IMG/VR virus record: IMGVR_UViG_2778260992_000001
DNA: 64,000 nt
From: a virus
Taxonomy: Duplodnaviria > Heunggongvirae > Uroviricota > Caudoviricetes
Strand: one strand, 5' to 3'
Shown: in pieces, positions 17,207-27,360 of the stretch
How the letters are laid out: the number at the start of each line of letters is the position of its first letter
Numbering within the stretch: the stretch's first letter is position 1
Program-made: the position numbers and the translations under genes
The notes under the pieces: generated by a model
Databases searched by the model: none
Told to the model about the DNA's origin: nothing
The model's input: only the letters and a program-made list of their open reading frames with translations

Positions 17207-19240
17207 ATGACCCAAGTCGCGAAGAAAATTCTGGTGACGTGCGCGCTGCCGTACGCTAACGGCTCAATCCACCTCGGCCATATGCTGGAGCACATCCAGG
17301 CTGATGTCTGGGTTCGTTACCAGCGAATGCGCGGCCACGAGGTTAATTTCATCTGTGCCGACGATGCCCACGGTACGCCGATCATGCTGAAAGCACAGCA
17401 GCTTGGTATCACACCGGAACAGATGATTGGCGAAATGAGTCAGGAACACCAGACTGATTTTGCAGGCTTTAACATCAGCTATGACAACTATCACTCGACG
17501 CACAGCGAAGAGAACCGTCAGTTGTCCGAGCTTATCTATACTCGCCTGAAAGAGAACGGTTTTATTAAAAACCGCACCATCTCTCAGCTGTACGATCCGG
17601 AAAAAGGCATGTTCCTGCCGGACCGTTTTGTGAAAGGCACCTGCCCGAAATGTAAAGCACCGGATCAATACGGCGATAACTGTGAAGTCTGCGGCGCTAC
17701 TTACAGCCCGACTGAACTGATCGAGCCGAAATCGGTAGTTTCTGGTGCTACGCCGGTAATGCGTGATTCCGAACACTTCTTCTTTGATCTGCCTTCTTTC
17801 AGCGAAATGTTGCAGGCATGGACCCGCAGCGGTGCGTTGCAGGAGCAGGTGGCAAACAAAATGCAGGAGTGGTTTGAATCTGGCCTGCAACAGTGGGATA
17901 TCTCCCGCGATGCGCCGTACTTCGGTTTTGAAATTCCGAACGCACCGGGCAAATATTTCTACGTCTGGCTGGACGCGCCGATTGGCTACATGGGTTCCTT
18001 CAAGAATCTGTGCGACAAACGCGGCGACACTACCAGCTTCGACGAATACTGGAAGAAAGACTCCACCGCCGAGCTGTACCACTTCATCGGTAAAGATATC
18101 GTTTACTTCCACAGCCTGTTCTGGCCTGCCATGCTGGAAGGCAGCAATTTCCGCAAGCCGACCAACCTGTTTGTTCATGGCTATGTGACGGTGAACGGTG
18201 CGAAGATGTCCAAGTCTCGCGGCACCTTTATTAAAGCCAGCACCTGGCTGAATCATTTTGACGCTGACAGCCTGCGTTACTACTACACTGCGAAACTCTC
18301 TTCGCGCATTGATGATATCGATCTCAACCTGGAGGATTTCGTTCAGCGCGTGAATGCCGATATCGTGAACAAAGTGGTTAACCTGGCCTCCCGTAATGCA
18401 GGCTTTATCAACAAGCGTTTTGACGGCGTGCTGGCAAGCGAACTGGCTGACCCGCAACTGTACAAAACCTTTACTGATGCTGCTGAAGTGATTGGTGAAG
18501 CATGGGAAAGCCGCGAATTTGGTAAAGCGATTCGTGAAATCATGGCGCTGGCTGATCTGGCTAACCGCTATGTCGATGAACAGGCTCCGTGGGTGGTGGC
18601 GAAGCAGGAAGGGCGCGATGCCGATCTGCAGGCGATTTGCTCTATGGGCATTAACCTGTTCCGCGTGCTGATGACGTACCTGAAACCGGTACTGCCGAAA
18701 CTGACTGAACGTGCAGAAGCATTCCTGAATACAGAACTGACCTGGGATGGTATCCAGCAACCGCTGCTGGGCCATAAAGTGAATCCGTTCAAGGCACTGT
18801 ATAACCGCATCGACATGAAGCAGGTTGAAGCACTGGTGGAAGCATCCAAAGAGGAAGTAAAAGCCGCTGCCGCGCCAGTAACTGGCCCACTGGCAGATGA
18901 TCCGATTCAGGAAACCATCACCTTTGACGACTTCGCCAAAGTTGACCTGCGCGTGGCTCTGATTGAAAACGCGGAGTTTGTCGAAGGTTCTGACAAACTG
19001 CTTCGCCTGACGCTGGATCTCGGTGGCGAAAAACGTAATGTCTTCTCCGGCATTCGTTCCGCTTATCCAGATCCACAGGCACTGATTGGTCGTCACACCA
19101 TTATGGTGGCCAACCTGGCTCCGCGTAAAATGCGCTTCGGTATCTCCGAAGGCATGGTGATGGCTGCTGGCCCCGGCGGGAAAGATATCTTCCTGTTAAG
19201 CCCGGATGCTGGTGCTAAACCAGGCCACCAGGTTAAGTAA
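17207..19240 (+). CDS. metG: methionyl-tRNA synthetase
   Basis: translation from [29 protein letters not shown] (HIGH) through KMSKS and C-terminal tRNA-binding domain; appears near-identical to E. coli MetG as recalled; divergent from apbC as in the host chromosome. Confidence 0.95.
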   Translation: MTQVAKKILVTCALPYANGSIHLGHMLEHIQADVWVRYQRMRGHEVNFICADDAHGTPIMLKAQQLGITPEQMIGEMSQEHQTDFAGFNISYDNYHSTHSEENRQLSELIYTRLKENGFIKNRTISQLYDPEKGMFLPDRFVKGTCPKCKAPDQYGDNCEVCGATYSPTELIEPKSVVSGATPVMRDSEHFFFDLPSFSEMLQAWTRSGALQEQVANKMQEWFESGLQQWDISRDAPYFGFEIPNAPGKYFYVWLDAPIGYMGSFKNLCDKRGDTTSFDEYWKKDSTAELYHFIGKDIVYFHSLFWPAMLEGSNFRKPTNLFVHGYVTVNGAKMSKSRGTFIKASTWLNHFDADSLRYYYTAKLSSRIDDIDLNLEDFVQRVNADIVNKVVNLASRNAGFINKRFDGVLASELADPQLYKTFTDAAEVIGEAWESREFGKAIREIMALADLANRYVDEQAPWVVAKQEGRDADLQAICSMGINLFRVLMTYLKPVLPKLTERAEAFLNTELTWDGIQQPLLGHKVNPFKALYNRIDMKQVEALVEASKEEVKAAAAPVTGPLADDPIQETITFDDFAKVDLRVALIENAEFVEGSDKLLRLTLDLGGEKRNVFSGIRSAYPDPQALIGRHTIMVANLAPRKMRFGISEGMVMAAGPGGKDIFLLSPDAGAKPGHQVK

Positions 19241-19323
19241 TTAAGCAACCATTCTTCACAATGCCCGGCAATACGCTGGGCATTTTCATTTAGACACAAT
19301 CCCTTCTGATTTACACATACCCT

Positions 19324-19338
19324 AAAACAATTTGTTTT
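19324..19338. promoter_or_regulatory. palindromic operator-like site, class 1
   Basis: aaaacaatttgtttt. Confidence 0.5.
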
Positions 19339-19371
19339 CTGCCTTTTGTTGATTGAGATAATAAACCACAT

Positions 19372-19390
19372 AAGAAAACAACTTGTTTTG
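19372..19390. promoter_or_regulatory. palindromic operator-like site, class 1
   Basis: aagaaaacaacttgttttg, 12 bp upstream of ATG 19402. Confidence 0.5.
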
Positions 19391-19401
19391 GAGTGGTTTA
19401 A

Positions 19402-19701
19402 ATGTTGAACATTACCCAAGCCTACCAGGTGGCATTGATCAGCTCATCTCATACATCAGAGGAAGATGCTCGCCGATTCATGATCGCAAGCAATGAGCTG
19501 GATTGGGTTTCACAAATTGAGTACGGTTGCATTGTCCACGCCGGGTTACAGGATGATGTCTGGAAAGACAACTTGCGTCGATATGGTATATCCGAGGGCG
19601 CGATTTCGAACATTCAGAAGGTACTTGATGTAGGCTTCGACTCTGTACATTTCGATTGTGGCGCACCGGTCGTTGAAGGGCTTGAGTGCTGGCAATGGTA
19701 A
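19402..19701 (+). CDS. hypothetical protein
   Basis: 99-aa ORF following class-1 palindromes. Confidence 0.45.
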   Translation: MLNITQAYQVALISSSHTSEEDARRFMIASNELDWVSQIEYGCIVHAGLQDDVWKDNLRRYGISEGAISNIQKVLDVGFDSVHFDCGAPVVEGLECWQW

Positions 19702-19737
19702 TCCGGCAATCGCTTCATACTAGATAACGGAGAATTT

Positions 19738-19923
19738 ATGCTTAAAGAAGACTCATATCTACTAAAGGCGCTTGAAATGCGTGGCGTTGAACCTACAGTG
19801 AAAAACGCCCACGATATCTACCTTCAGTTTTCACCGGAGCTGAAACGGCTCATAAATCAATACGGGGTTAATGACTCAAGTGTTAAAGCGATGATAGATG
19901 ATGAATTAGACCATCTCATCTAA
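19738..19923 (+). CDS. hypothetical small protein
   Basis: 61-aa ORF with RBS acggaga. Confidence 0.35.
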   Translation: MLKEDSYLLKALEMRGVEPTVKNAHDIYLQFSPELKRLINQYGVNDSSVKAMIDDELDHLI

Positions 19924-20075
19924 TCGTTATCCTATGATAATGGTTTCACTTTGAGATTGTCATTTTTCATAGCCAAAGCTGATGTTTGTGGAAGGTGGAT
20001 TGATAAACGGATGCGTATTTAGGTTATACAAGTGAGAAAATTGATAATATATAAAAGCGATTTTTATGTGATGGA

Positions 20076-20645
20076 ATGGATGTGATGGAAACCCAGAACC
20101 AACAAACAAAACCTCTGAATAACATTTATGCGTGGATTCTAGCGTTCATGCCTTTCTTCTTTGGAGTATTGCCGGAAGAGTATACCAATTACGCTATTAT
20201 AATTGGGGGTGTAACTACCATCGGTTTGTTAGTAGCTGACAGAATGGCTCTATCGGAGTCTGGCTGTGAACCACCTTCAATTCTATGGGGGGTATTCCTC
20301 CTGCCTGTCTATCTCTGGAAGCGCGCGACTATTACAAAAGGCAGCAGAGTGCCATTTATCATAATCGTTGCGTCGCTGGCTTGGATTATCTTCATCGGCA
20401 TCCCACACAAGGACGAGGTTGCTCTTGAAGAAGCAGCCTGCCCTCTCGTGACAACTATTCTGAAAGAGAATAACGGTTCGACTGCACCAAAATGTATGAA
20501 GGTGACAATAGAGGACAAGGTGACGGATAAGTTCTATAGAGCAACGGCTACACTAGACAATGGTAATGACATTAACATTACTCTGGAACTTACCGGTGAC
20601 AGGAACTTCTACGTCCGTGTTCCAAATGTTTATCTGAACAACTAA
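20076..20645 (+). CDS. hypothetical integral membrane protein
   Basis: 189 aa with 3-4 hydrophobic helices. Confidence 0.5.
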   Translation: MDVMETQNQQTKPLNNIYAWILAFMPFFFGVLPEEYTNYAIIIGGVTTIGLLVADRMALSESGCEPPSILWGVFLLPVYLWKRATITKGSRVPFIIIVASLAWIIFIGIPHKDEVALEEAACPLVTTILKENNGSTAPKCMKVTIEDKVTDKFYRATATLDNGNDINITLELTGDRNFYVRVPNVYLNN

Positions 20646-20759
20646 CGGTTGCAACTTATTGATAATGGCGGTCACAATTTGATTCTTTTCTATAAGAATC
20701 CGTTGATCGCCACTACTCCCCTTCCATACCTGCAATCATACCCTTAAATATCAATAGGT

Positions 20760-22170
20760 TATGGTTGTTTATACAAATAAGAAAACAACTAAATAACAGA
20801 TCAACGAAACGTCAACGCTTTCACCCGATTTGGTCTAAAAAATTGACGTTTTCACACATCACTTCTTATACCCGTAACTCTACGCAGCAGACAGCGCCAC
20901 AGCGTCCAATTTTCACCACAGACGACCCAACACACTACCAACAAAAACACACGCTCAAAATCGCTCCCGTTGCGTTACGCAACCATATAAACAACTTATT
21001 TTCAGGCATAACAAAACAACTAAATAACACACATGCCATTCCCAAAAACAACCAACCTCTTTATGGCAGGCTACCGAAAAGACCCACCTCTTCTCCCCAG
21101 GCTACCGGACAACCAACCTAACTTTCACAGGCAATCCGAAAACATTCATACGCGCGATACCCACGACACGCCATTACCCAAACAGCGAAGAAATACCAGA
21201 CTCACTGAAACCCCAACGAAGCCTGTTACCGCAAGGATTCTCTCAATCCCAAAAGACACGAAACAGAACAATCACGGGAAACGCCATTACCCAATACACG
21301 AATAACTACAAAAGCCTTTCAGGCACTCCAGACAAACAACTCAAACACAATAACGAAAGCAATCGCCCACCTGCCATTACTCCATACACGGAGAAGAACA
21401 ATCACCAAAACGACGAGAACACCCCATAGAAGAACCACCGCAAAACGAACGAAACCACATACACCGACAGAGAAAACAACACACCCAATTCACCAACAGA
21501 AATAGTCGCCGTATAGGACATTCTGGAAGGAGTGAGCATTAACGCCTATAGAGAGGTTGAGACAGATAAAACACAACATGTATAGCGAAGAAGCCAGGTA
21601 TGTATAAGTGGGGATGGAAGGAGGGGTGTCGCCTCCTTTTTCGTATTTATTCAACTCCTGATTTTATCCCCCGTAACACCCCTACGGTCAGCCTTCGGTC
21701 CATACAGGGGAAAGGCTGCATCCCGCTACAGAAACGGCTGGGTTGCCTTTGGGAACGGCTGGAGGTTTTCAGGGAAACGGTCGAGTTGCCTGTGTGGATT
21801 TCGGGAAAAGGCTCGATGCCGGTTCAGGAACGGTGGCGTACCGGTATAGCGAGAGGGAGAGTTGCGGCTACCCACCTGTAATGTGCGGGAAGAAGAGAGG
21901 CGCTCACGTAGGCGGACTTGCTTACCGCTGGATTCCCTCTGAATGCCCAGCTACAGCGTAATTGTGCCAGACAGCCAACGGGTCACAATCGATTTCAGTA
22001 GGTTTTTGGGGAGAGGATTACTCTGCCACCAGCCACTTTCGGCCACTAAATCAGAATAATGTAAAAAGTGTACTCGGTACTGAACCTGAAAACTCACTGC
22101 CAAAACCACATTCACCGGAACAAAATCCTTTTTCGCCTGTGCGTTATTGCGATAATAACACCATCAAGAA
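20760..22170. repeat. ORF-poor region: A+C-skewed tract with ~19-bp repeats followed by GGRAACGGC-type iterons
   Basis: top strand nearly G-free 20800-21560; repeats gccattacccaaacagcgaag / gccattacccaatacacgaat / gccattactccatacacggag; then gggaaaggctg, gaaacggctg, ggaacggctg, gggaaacggtcg, gggaaaaggctcg. Confidence 0.45.
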
Positions 22171-22185
22171 AACATGTTGTTTAAG
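22166..22185. promoter_or_regulatory. palindromic operator-like site, class 1 (variant spacing)
   Basis: aagaaaacatgttgtttaag. Confidence 0.45.
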
Positions 22186-22194
22186 GATTGCTTT

Positions 22195-22524
22195 ATGTTT
22201 ACAAATATCGACATCAACCAAATCAAGAAATTAACTCAAAAAGAGTTTGATCAGTTTTATGAGTTAGAAGGTTGGTCTTCCACTCTGATCAATTCAAGAT
22301 GGGTGCTGGAACTGATGACTCGTGATGACGCACCTGCTTTGATGATCAGCGACCTGGGTGAAGATGCTGACTTTATGGATATGAGCGAATTTTGTGTGGA
22401 CACATACAACCGCAGCCAGAAGTACTACTTCACATGCGATAGCGAAAATGACGTGATTTCTAAGGTCTATCTTCACCTCGTCCAGCATTGGGACGTTCAG
22501 GAGTTTCTTGAAGTATTCGAGTAA
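22195..22524 (+). CDS. hypothetical protein
   Basis: ATG 22195 preceded by RBS taaggat; 109 aa. Confidence 0.45.
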   Translation: MFTNIDINQIKKLTQKEFDQFYELEGWSSTLINSRWVLELMTRDDAPALMISDLGEDADFMDMSEFCVDTYNRSQKYYFTCDSENDVISKVYLHLVQHWDVQEFLEVFE

Positions 22525-22650
22525 CCCCAACCAAAGCCAGCATTGCTGGCTTAATTTCTCTATAGCCGCAGGGAAGAACCTGCATATAGCTCATGCACCT
22601 GATCAATATGCTTTGTAGCCGTTTTCTTACTGGTATTATTTACGCCATTG

Positions 22651-22667
22651 AGAAAACAAGTTGTTTA
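22651..22667. promoter_or_regulatory. palindromic operator-like site, class 1
   Basis: agaaaacaagttgttta. Confidence 0.5.
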
Positions 22668-22677
22668 CGGAGTTGTG

Positions 22678-22989
22678 ATGAAAAAATCATTGGTTCTTGG
22701 TCTGGACAAAGACCAGAAGAGAAAAGAGAAGCCTGCGCTGGTTGCTCAATTAACTTTGCTGGACATCGTTGCCAATGGAACCTCTATTCGTCTGTTCCGT
22801 GAAACAGCGGTGTCTTTCGATAAAAACACCTTTACTCGTTATGTAATGAATGTTCGTCGCCAGCGTGGAAAAGGCTGGGTGGCATTTCAAAGAATGTGGC
22901 CGGAACATCAGCTCGAACTGGCTTTGATGGAAGTTAACCGCGTGGCCCAGCAAGAGATTCAGAGAGCATCAGTGATGGCAATAGCCTGA
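22678..22989 (+). CDS. hypothetical protein
   Basis: ATG 22678 with RBS acggag; 103 aa. Confidence 0.45.
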   Translation: MKKSLVLGLDKDQKRKEKPALVAQLTLLDIVANGTSIRLFRETAVSFDKNTFTRYVMNVRRQRGKGWVAFQRMWPEHQLELALMEVNRVAQQEIQRASVMAIA

Positions 22990-23023
22990 TAATGTGCAAG
23001 TGGTAATTAGTCGACCGTACGAC

Positions 23024-23052
23024 AGCCCCGCCATCCTTACGGGGCTTTTTTG
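23024..23052 (+). terminator. rho-independent terminator
   Basis: agccccgccatccttacggggct + tttttt. Confidence 0.6.
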
Positions 23053-23115
23053 TATTGTAAGTACATACTTACGATCATAGAATATAAAAATAACCAAAAC
23101 ACTACGGAGAGTGAA

Positions 23116-23511
23116 ATGACCGTTAAACGCGAAAAACTGACAGTTGATGTTTACTATGCCTCTGAAACCGCCGAAGGTAAGAATGTGGCAAAAATCACCG
23201 TTGTTACGTACAACACCGAAACTGGTGCCGAAGTCCAGGCCAGTACGATCGTGCGTAAAGGTGATGCCTCCGGCGGCGAGTACGCGACTCAATACCAGTC
23301 CATTCTCGATGCAACTGACCCGCTGCTGCTGAAAATCGAGAACTACTTCCGCCAGGTTAATGAAGAGGTGTTTGAAACCATGATGAATATGGTTAACACC
23401 GTATTCGCCTCCAGCCTGAATACCAACACTACCTGGATTGGTCAGTACGGCCTGCGCATTACCTCTGGCATTCCTGCCGACACCTTAATCCCTGAAAGCG
23501 TATTCGCTTAA
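23116..23511 (+). CDS. hypothetical protein
   Basis: ATG 23116 with RBS ggagagtg; 131 aa. Confidence 0.5.
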   Translation: MTVKREKLTVDVYYASETAEGKNVAKITVVTYNTETGAEVQASTIVRKGDASGGEYATQYQSILDATDPLLLKIENYFRQVNEEVFETMMNMVNTVFASSLNTNTTWIGQYGLRITSGIPADTLIPESVFA

Positions 23512-23520
23512 TCCTCTTTA

Positions 23521-23547
23521 AATGGCGCGTAAACCGCGCCATTTTAT
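23521..23547 (+). terminator. rho-independent terminator
   Basis: aatggcgcgtaaaccgcgccatttt. Confidence 0.55.
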
Positions 23548-23555
23548 TATGCCCG

Positions 23556-23573
23556 ATAACAATTTGTTTTCTG
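23556..23573. promoter_or_regulatory. palindromic operator-like site, class 1
   Basis: ataacaatttgttttctg (flanks match the 19324 copy). Confidence 0.5.
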
Positions 23574-23628
23574 CCTTATCTGATTTGTGAAAATGATTTC
23601 ACTGAAGCAACTTAATAAGGAAACCATC

Positions 23629-24003
23629 ATGGGACTTGATATCTATATCGAGACGCAGCCTAAAAACGATCTGAATAACGAGGCATCCAGAAAGCAGGTT
23701 GCTTACTTCCGTAAGTTCAATGCGCTCGTTGGGTGGATGGAGCGCAACGTAGGTGAAGTCGAAAATTGTGAGCTTTTAGAATTAACGATGAATGACATTT
23801 GTTTTCTGAAGGCTCATTTGATGCACATAAACGAAAGTAATTGCGAAGAGTACTTGCCTACCCGGGAAGGTTTTTTCTTCGGCAGTCAGGAGTACGATGA
23901 AGGTTACTGGCATGATGTGGGGCAGTTGAAAGAGCTTGTGGAAGATCTGATTAAGAACCACGACTTTCACAATAACAGACTGACCTTCTGCGCCTGGTGG
24001 TAA
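23629..24003 (+). CDS. hypothetical protein
   Basis: ATG 23629 with RBS aaggaaacc; 124 aa. Confidence 0.45.
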   Translation: MGLDIYIETQPKNDLNNEASRKQVAYFRKFNALVGWMERNVGEVENCELLELTMNDICFLKAHLMHINESNCEEYLPTREGFFFGSQEYDEGYWHDVGQLKELVEDLIKNHDFHNNRLTFCAWW

Positions 24004-24005
24004 AT

Positions 24006-24149
24006 ATGGGCGATTTCAAGAAACGCCTGAAGGAAAGAGCCGAGATGGTCAGAAAGCAAAACGCCTCTTCTGTCATCAGATACGCAAGGCAGTTTAGTCG
24101 CAACAACAAATCAGTTGAGGAAAAGATCCTTAGCGTAATCGGGCGATAA
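24006..24149 (+). CDS. hypothetical small basic protein (47 aa)
   Basis: ATG 2 nt after upstream stop, followed by hairpin; below the track length cutoff. Confidence 0.25.
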   Translation: MGDFKKRLKERAEMVRKQNASSVIRYARQFSRNNKSVEEKILSVIGR

Positions 24150-24154
24150 TTATT

Positions 24155-24178
24155 AAGGCCACCAGCATTGGTGGTCTT
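24155..24178 (+). terminator. terminator-like hairpin (repeat copy 1)
   Basis: aaggccaccagcattggtggtctt; near-identical copy at 24626. Confidence 0.45.
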
Positions 24179-24302
24179 AAATGACTTTTAATAACCGAAG
24201 GTTAGTTTGAAACCTGGCTATCAACTTCCATAACCTTTCTTGTGTATTCAGCCTGTATTAACTTCTTTTATGCCTTATCTACACTGCGATAATTACACCA
24301 AC

Positions 24303-24320
24303 AAGAAAACAACATGTTTA
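24303..24320. promoter_or_regulatory. palindromic operator-like site, class 1
   Basis: aagaaaacaacatgttta with conserved upstream flank gataattacaccaac. Confidence 0.5.
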
Positions 24321-24332
24321 CGCAGTTAGGAT

Positions 24333-24620
24333 ATGCTCATGACTGATTTCACCATTACCCCTAAAGCACAAAATGTATTTCTTGAATCATGGCTGGACTT
24401 GCCGGAAACAGAACAGCAAGAAATGGATCATGTGGATTATGACGAGCAGGTAAGCACGCGATTCTTCCACTTTGAGGGATGCGTTTACGACATTGTCGAC
24501 TTCATGCGAGATGACCGCTTCCCTGAATGGCACGCAAGCTATCCACTAAACGCCTTTGCCATGCTGATGATCCGTGTGGATGATTCAGGGGATACCATCG
24601 ACATCGGTCTGCTCCACTAA
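24333..24620 (+). CDS. hypothetical protein
   Basis: 95-aa ORF, RBS aggat. Confidence 0.45.
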   Translation: MLMTDFTITPKAQNVFLESWLDLPETEQQEMDHVDYDEQVSTRFFHFEGCVYDIVDFMRDDRFPEWHASYPLNAFAMLMIRVDDSGDTIDIGLLH

Positions 24621-24625
24621 AGGCT

Positions 24626-24649
24626 AAGGCCACCAGCATTGGTGGCCTT
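24626..24649 (+). terminator. terminator-like hairpin (repeat copy 2)
   Basis: aaggccaccagcattggtggcctt. Confidence 0.45.
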
Positions 24650-24787
24650 AAATGACTATCTTGTTTCCCGCAGGCTAAAAACACCAACCTCTTACCTCCA
24701 GGCAACCGACAAACCCACCTGTTCCCGTCCGGCTACCGTAACTTTCCACTTTGACGCCTTATTCGTACAACGATAATTAACACCAAC

Positions 24788-24807
24788 AAGAAAACAATTT
24801 GTTATTT
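24788..24807. promoter_or_regulatory. palindromic operator-like site, class 1
   Basis: aagaaaacaatttgttattt with same upstream flank as the 24303 copy. Confidence 0.5.
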
Positions 24808-24824
24808 ACGATAAGGAATTAATC

Positions 24825-25307
24825 ATGAATTTTATCGCTACTGTAAACGCACCCGCACATGGCAATATCGCTGTAACGTTCTCTGACATTGAAAAACGAG
24901 TACTTGGTGCATGGCGCGACAATGAGACGGTAGAACTGTCAGCACAAGAAAAATGCATTATTGCACGCGACATCATTGGCAATCGTCGTTACTCGCGGGT
25001 ATTTGAAAAAGCGTATGTGGTAAATTCTGGATTCGGAACGTTCGTCTTTCCGGTGCGCTCCGGGCGATTCTGCCAGTCCAAGCTGATTGAGTTCGCTACG
25101 CAGATTTCTGTCTGGATTAAAACTCAATCGTCGTTCAAATTTTCCGACGATGAAGCAGTATCGCAGGGGATGCGGATCGCCAACAATGCAATTAAATGCA
25201 AAAACATTACGTATACCGCTGGCGTTGATACATGGAAACTGTTTTGCGCTAACTTTATGCTGAATGTATACGCAAGCAACCGCATCCACATCCTTGATGG
25301 CGTGTAA
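24825..25307 (+). CDS. hypothetical protein
   Basis: 160-aa ORF, RBS aaggaat. Confidence 0.5.
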   Translation: MNFIATVNAPAHGNIAVTFSDIEKRVLGAWRDNETVELSAQEKCIIARDIIGNRRYSRVFEKAYVVNSGFGTFVFPVRSGRFCQSKLIEFATQISVWIKTQSSFKFSDDEAVSQGMRIANNAIKCKNITYTAGVDTWKLFCANFMLNVYASNRIHILDGV

Positions 25308-25923
25308 CTGAGAAGAGGGCCAGAAACGGCCCTTTCTCTATAGCCACCAGCTGCCGCAGGGAAATTTTCAGAAACGGCGAGGAACGTATTCATGAGCCGA
25401 CGGGAAACGGCCAGGATTTTTTCGGGAAACGGCTGCATTCGCCTTTATGTAGAAAAAACATCGGGAAGCTGGTGGAATCCAACCAGCGGTTGTCGGACAG
25501 GTGAGCGGGGAAAATTATGATGACTTTCGTCACCTGAGACATCCAGATTTCTTTCGTAGCATAATCACATACGTGATTAAGTGGTGTGATTATGTGAAAA
25601 ATCACGCGCACATAATACGCGAGCGGATACAGAACAAAACAAAATGCCGATCCGCACCGACAAATAAACGCGGATCACATAGCAAGACTAAAAGCCAATG
25701 ATTAACCATACTCTATAGCGCAATATAACGCGTTTTAAGCGCGTTAATGTGTTAAGTAATGGGTATGTACTGGCAAGGATATAAAAGCGCGTCTATGGCG
25801 TTATTTTGGTGCTTATTTTTATGTTGTTGGAGTGAGTTAAAGACAATAAAAAACGCGCCATTGATGGCGCGTTATTGTGGAAGTATTGGAAACGAAAAAA
25901 GCGCCCATAGTGGGCGCTCGATT

Positions 25924-26154
25924 TTATTTATGTAAACTGATTTCAAATCCCATTTCTACAAACGCTTTCAGCATTAAAAATATATCAGCGTCGTTCACGT
26001 CTGCTTTTTTTCGCTCCTGGTCGCTCAATAAGTCAATTTTGCGCGTCGTTTCATCTATAAGCTCGACTGCGCGCCCAGCGTAACCAGCGATCCCAGCGAT
26101 GCGATTAACATAATATTCGTTATGGACGTTAACGCCAGCGATAAGAACAAACAT
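25924..26154 (-). CDS. hypothetical small protein
   Basis: 76-aa ORF in AT-rich minus-strand cassette; preceded and followed by gcgcccatagtgggcgc hairpins. Confidence 0.4.
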   Translation of the reverse strand: MFVLIAGVNVHNEYYVNRIAGIAGYAGRAVELIDETTRKIDLLSDQERKKADVNDADIFLMLKAFVEMGFEISLHK

Positions 26155-26174
26155 GATTAAGCTCCTTAAAAAAA

Positions 26175-26423
26175 TTAAATAGAATTTTGAAGTTTTCCAA
26201 TTAATGCGCTTAAACGTAAGTATTCACGTTTGCGCTTGCAATCTCGCTTGCTGTTAAGCAAATCAGAAAACGTAAAATTTAATTGGTCGCGTTGCGCGAT
26301 TAAATCATCGATTAATTCTAGTTTATAAGCGCGATACTTTGCGCGATATTCCGCGCGGATCTTGTCATAGCTGACCATTTTCAAAGCTCCTTTAAAGCGC
26401 CCATAGTGGGCGCTTGATTCCAT
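26175..26423 (-). CDS. hypothetical small basic protein
   Basis: 82-aa ORF, K/R-rich. Confidence 0.4.
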   Translation of the reverse strand: MESSAHYGRFKGALKMVSYDKIRAEYRAKYRAYKLELIDDLIAQRDQLNFTFSDLLNSKRDCKRKREYLRLSALIGKLQNSI

Positions 26424-26426
26424 TAA

Positions 26427-27077
26427 TTACGCTTTGAAAGCATCAGCTAAATAATTGTAGAAATCATTTTTAATGAAGCGATATTGCTGAGTACCAGCTT
26501 TCGCGCTCCCAGCTCCTTTGACTTTTTCAACAAGTCCAAGACGTTCGCAAAGATTGATCAACTGGTTGGCTTGAGTATAACCAGCGTCCAATTTAATTTC
26601 ACACGCTTTTTTAGCTTCATTCATTAAATCGAAAACAGCGCCATTAGTGAACGTGTCGATCTCGTCGTTAATCATATCGATTAAAGCGAATACACGAGAT
26701 CCAGACATATCAGCGATGGAATAAACGCATTTACCAGATTTAATTGATTTAACCAGATAAACCAGTTTTTCCAGAGAATAACTATTAGTCATTGCATCAC
26801 GGAAAAATACTTCTGGCGCTTGTTTGCTTGCTTTAATCGCATAGTAGAAAACAGAGCATAATTTTTCGTCTTCTACTGCGTTTACGACGTTGTTGATGAA
26901 GTAAGCAAGTTTAGTGGTCGCAGCTTGCATATTTGCTTTGTCTGCTTTAGTGTGCGTACCATTTTTATAATGTTCGTTATATGTTTGAGTTGCCAGATCT
27001 GCTTTTTCGCGCAGTTCATCGGATACAATGGAAGCAGCTTCAATGATGGATTTTTTAGAAATGATAATGTTAGCCAT
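26427..27077 (-). CDS. hypothetical protein
   Basis: 216-aa ORF, RBS aaggaaaaatt on minus strand. Confidence 0.5.
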   Translation of the reverse strand: MANIIISKKSIIEAASIVSDELREKADLATQTYNEHYKNGTHTKADKANMQAATTKLAYFINNVVNAVEDEKLCSVFYYAIKASKQAPEVFFRDAMTNSYSLEKLVYLVKSIKSGKCVYSIADMSGSRVFALIDMINDEIDTFTNGAVFDLMNEAKKACEIKLDAGYTQANQLINLCERLGLVEKVKGAGSAKAGTQQYRFIKNDFYNYLADAFKA

Positions 27078-27360
27078 GATAATTTTTCCTTATGTAAATT
27101 TAAAATTTATTGTCGTTAGCGTCTTCGCTTTCGACGAGTTCAATTATCGATATGCGAAAAAAGATTGCAAGTGTTTTTTTTAAATTTTTTGCAGGGATGA
27201 AAGTCCTAGAAATAAAAGCGAGATCGTCGAAGGTGTTCCCTAAATAAATAATCGATTGCGGCTTTAGACCTTATATATATTTAGGTTATTTGATTTGTAG
27301 ATATAAAGAAGTGATGTGAAAAATAATAACCGGACTTAGCCGGTTATTAACCTTATAGAT

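Noticed and set aside
17264-19096. 610-aa minus-strand ORF and several shorter ORFs inside metG
   Set aside because: Shadow ORFs on a strongly conserved plus-strand gene; the plus-strand product matches MetG end to end.
20765-21961. ORFs 20765..21121, 21033..21305, 21600..21881 and 21743..21961
   Set aside because: They lie in the A+C-skewed, iteron-rich region, have low-complexity translations (P/T/Q/N-rich or G/R-rich) and lack RBS; treated as non-coding.
25565-25625. Possible DnaA boxes (tgtgattat and similar)
   Set aside because: Each differs from the TTATCCACA consensus at two or more positions; too weak to call without further evidence.
25501-25701. 66-aa plus-strand ORF in the strand-switch region
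   Set aside because: No RBS, embedded in repeats and hairpins; more likely non-coding regulatory DNA.
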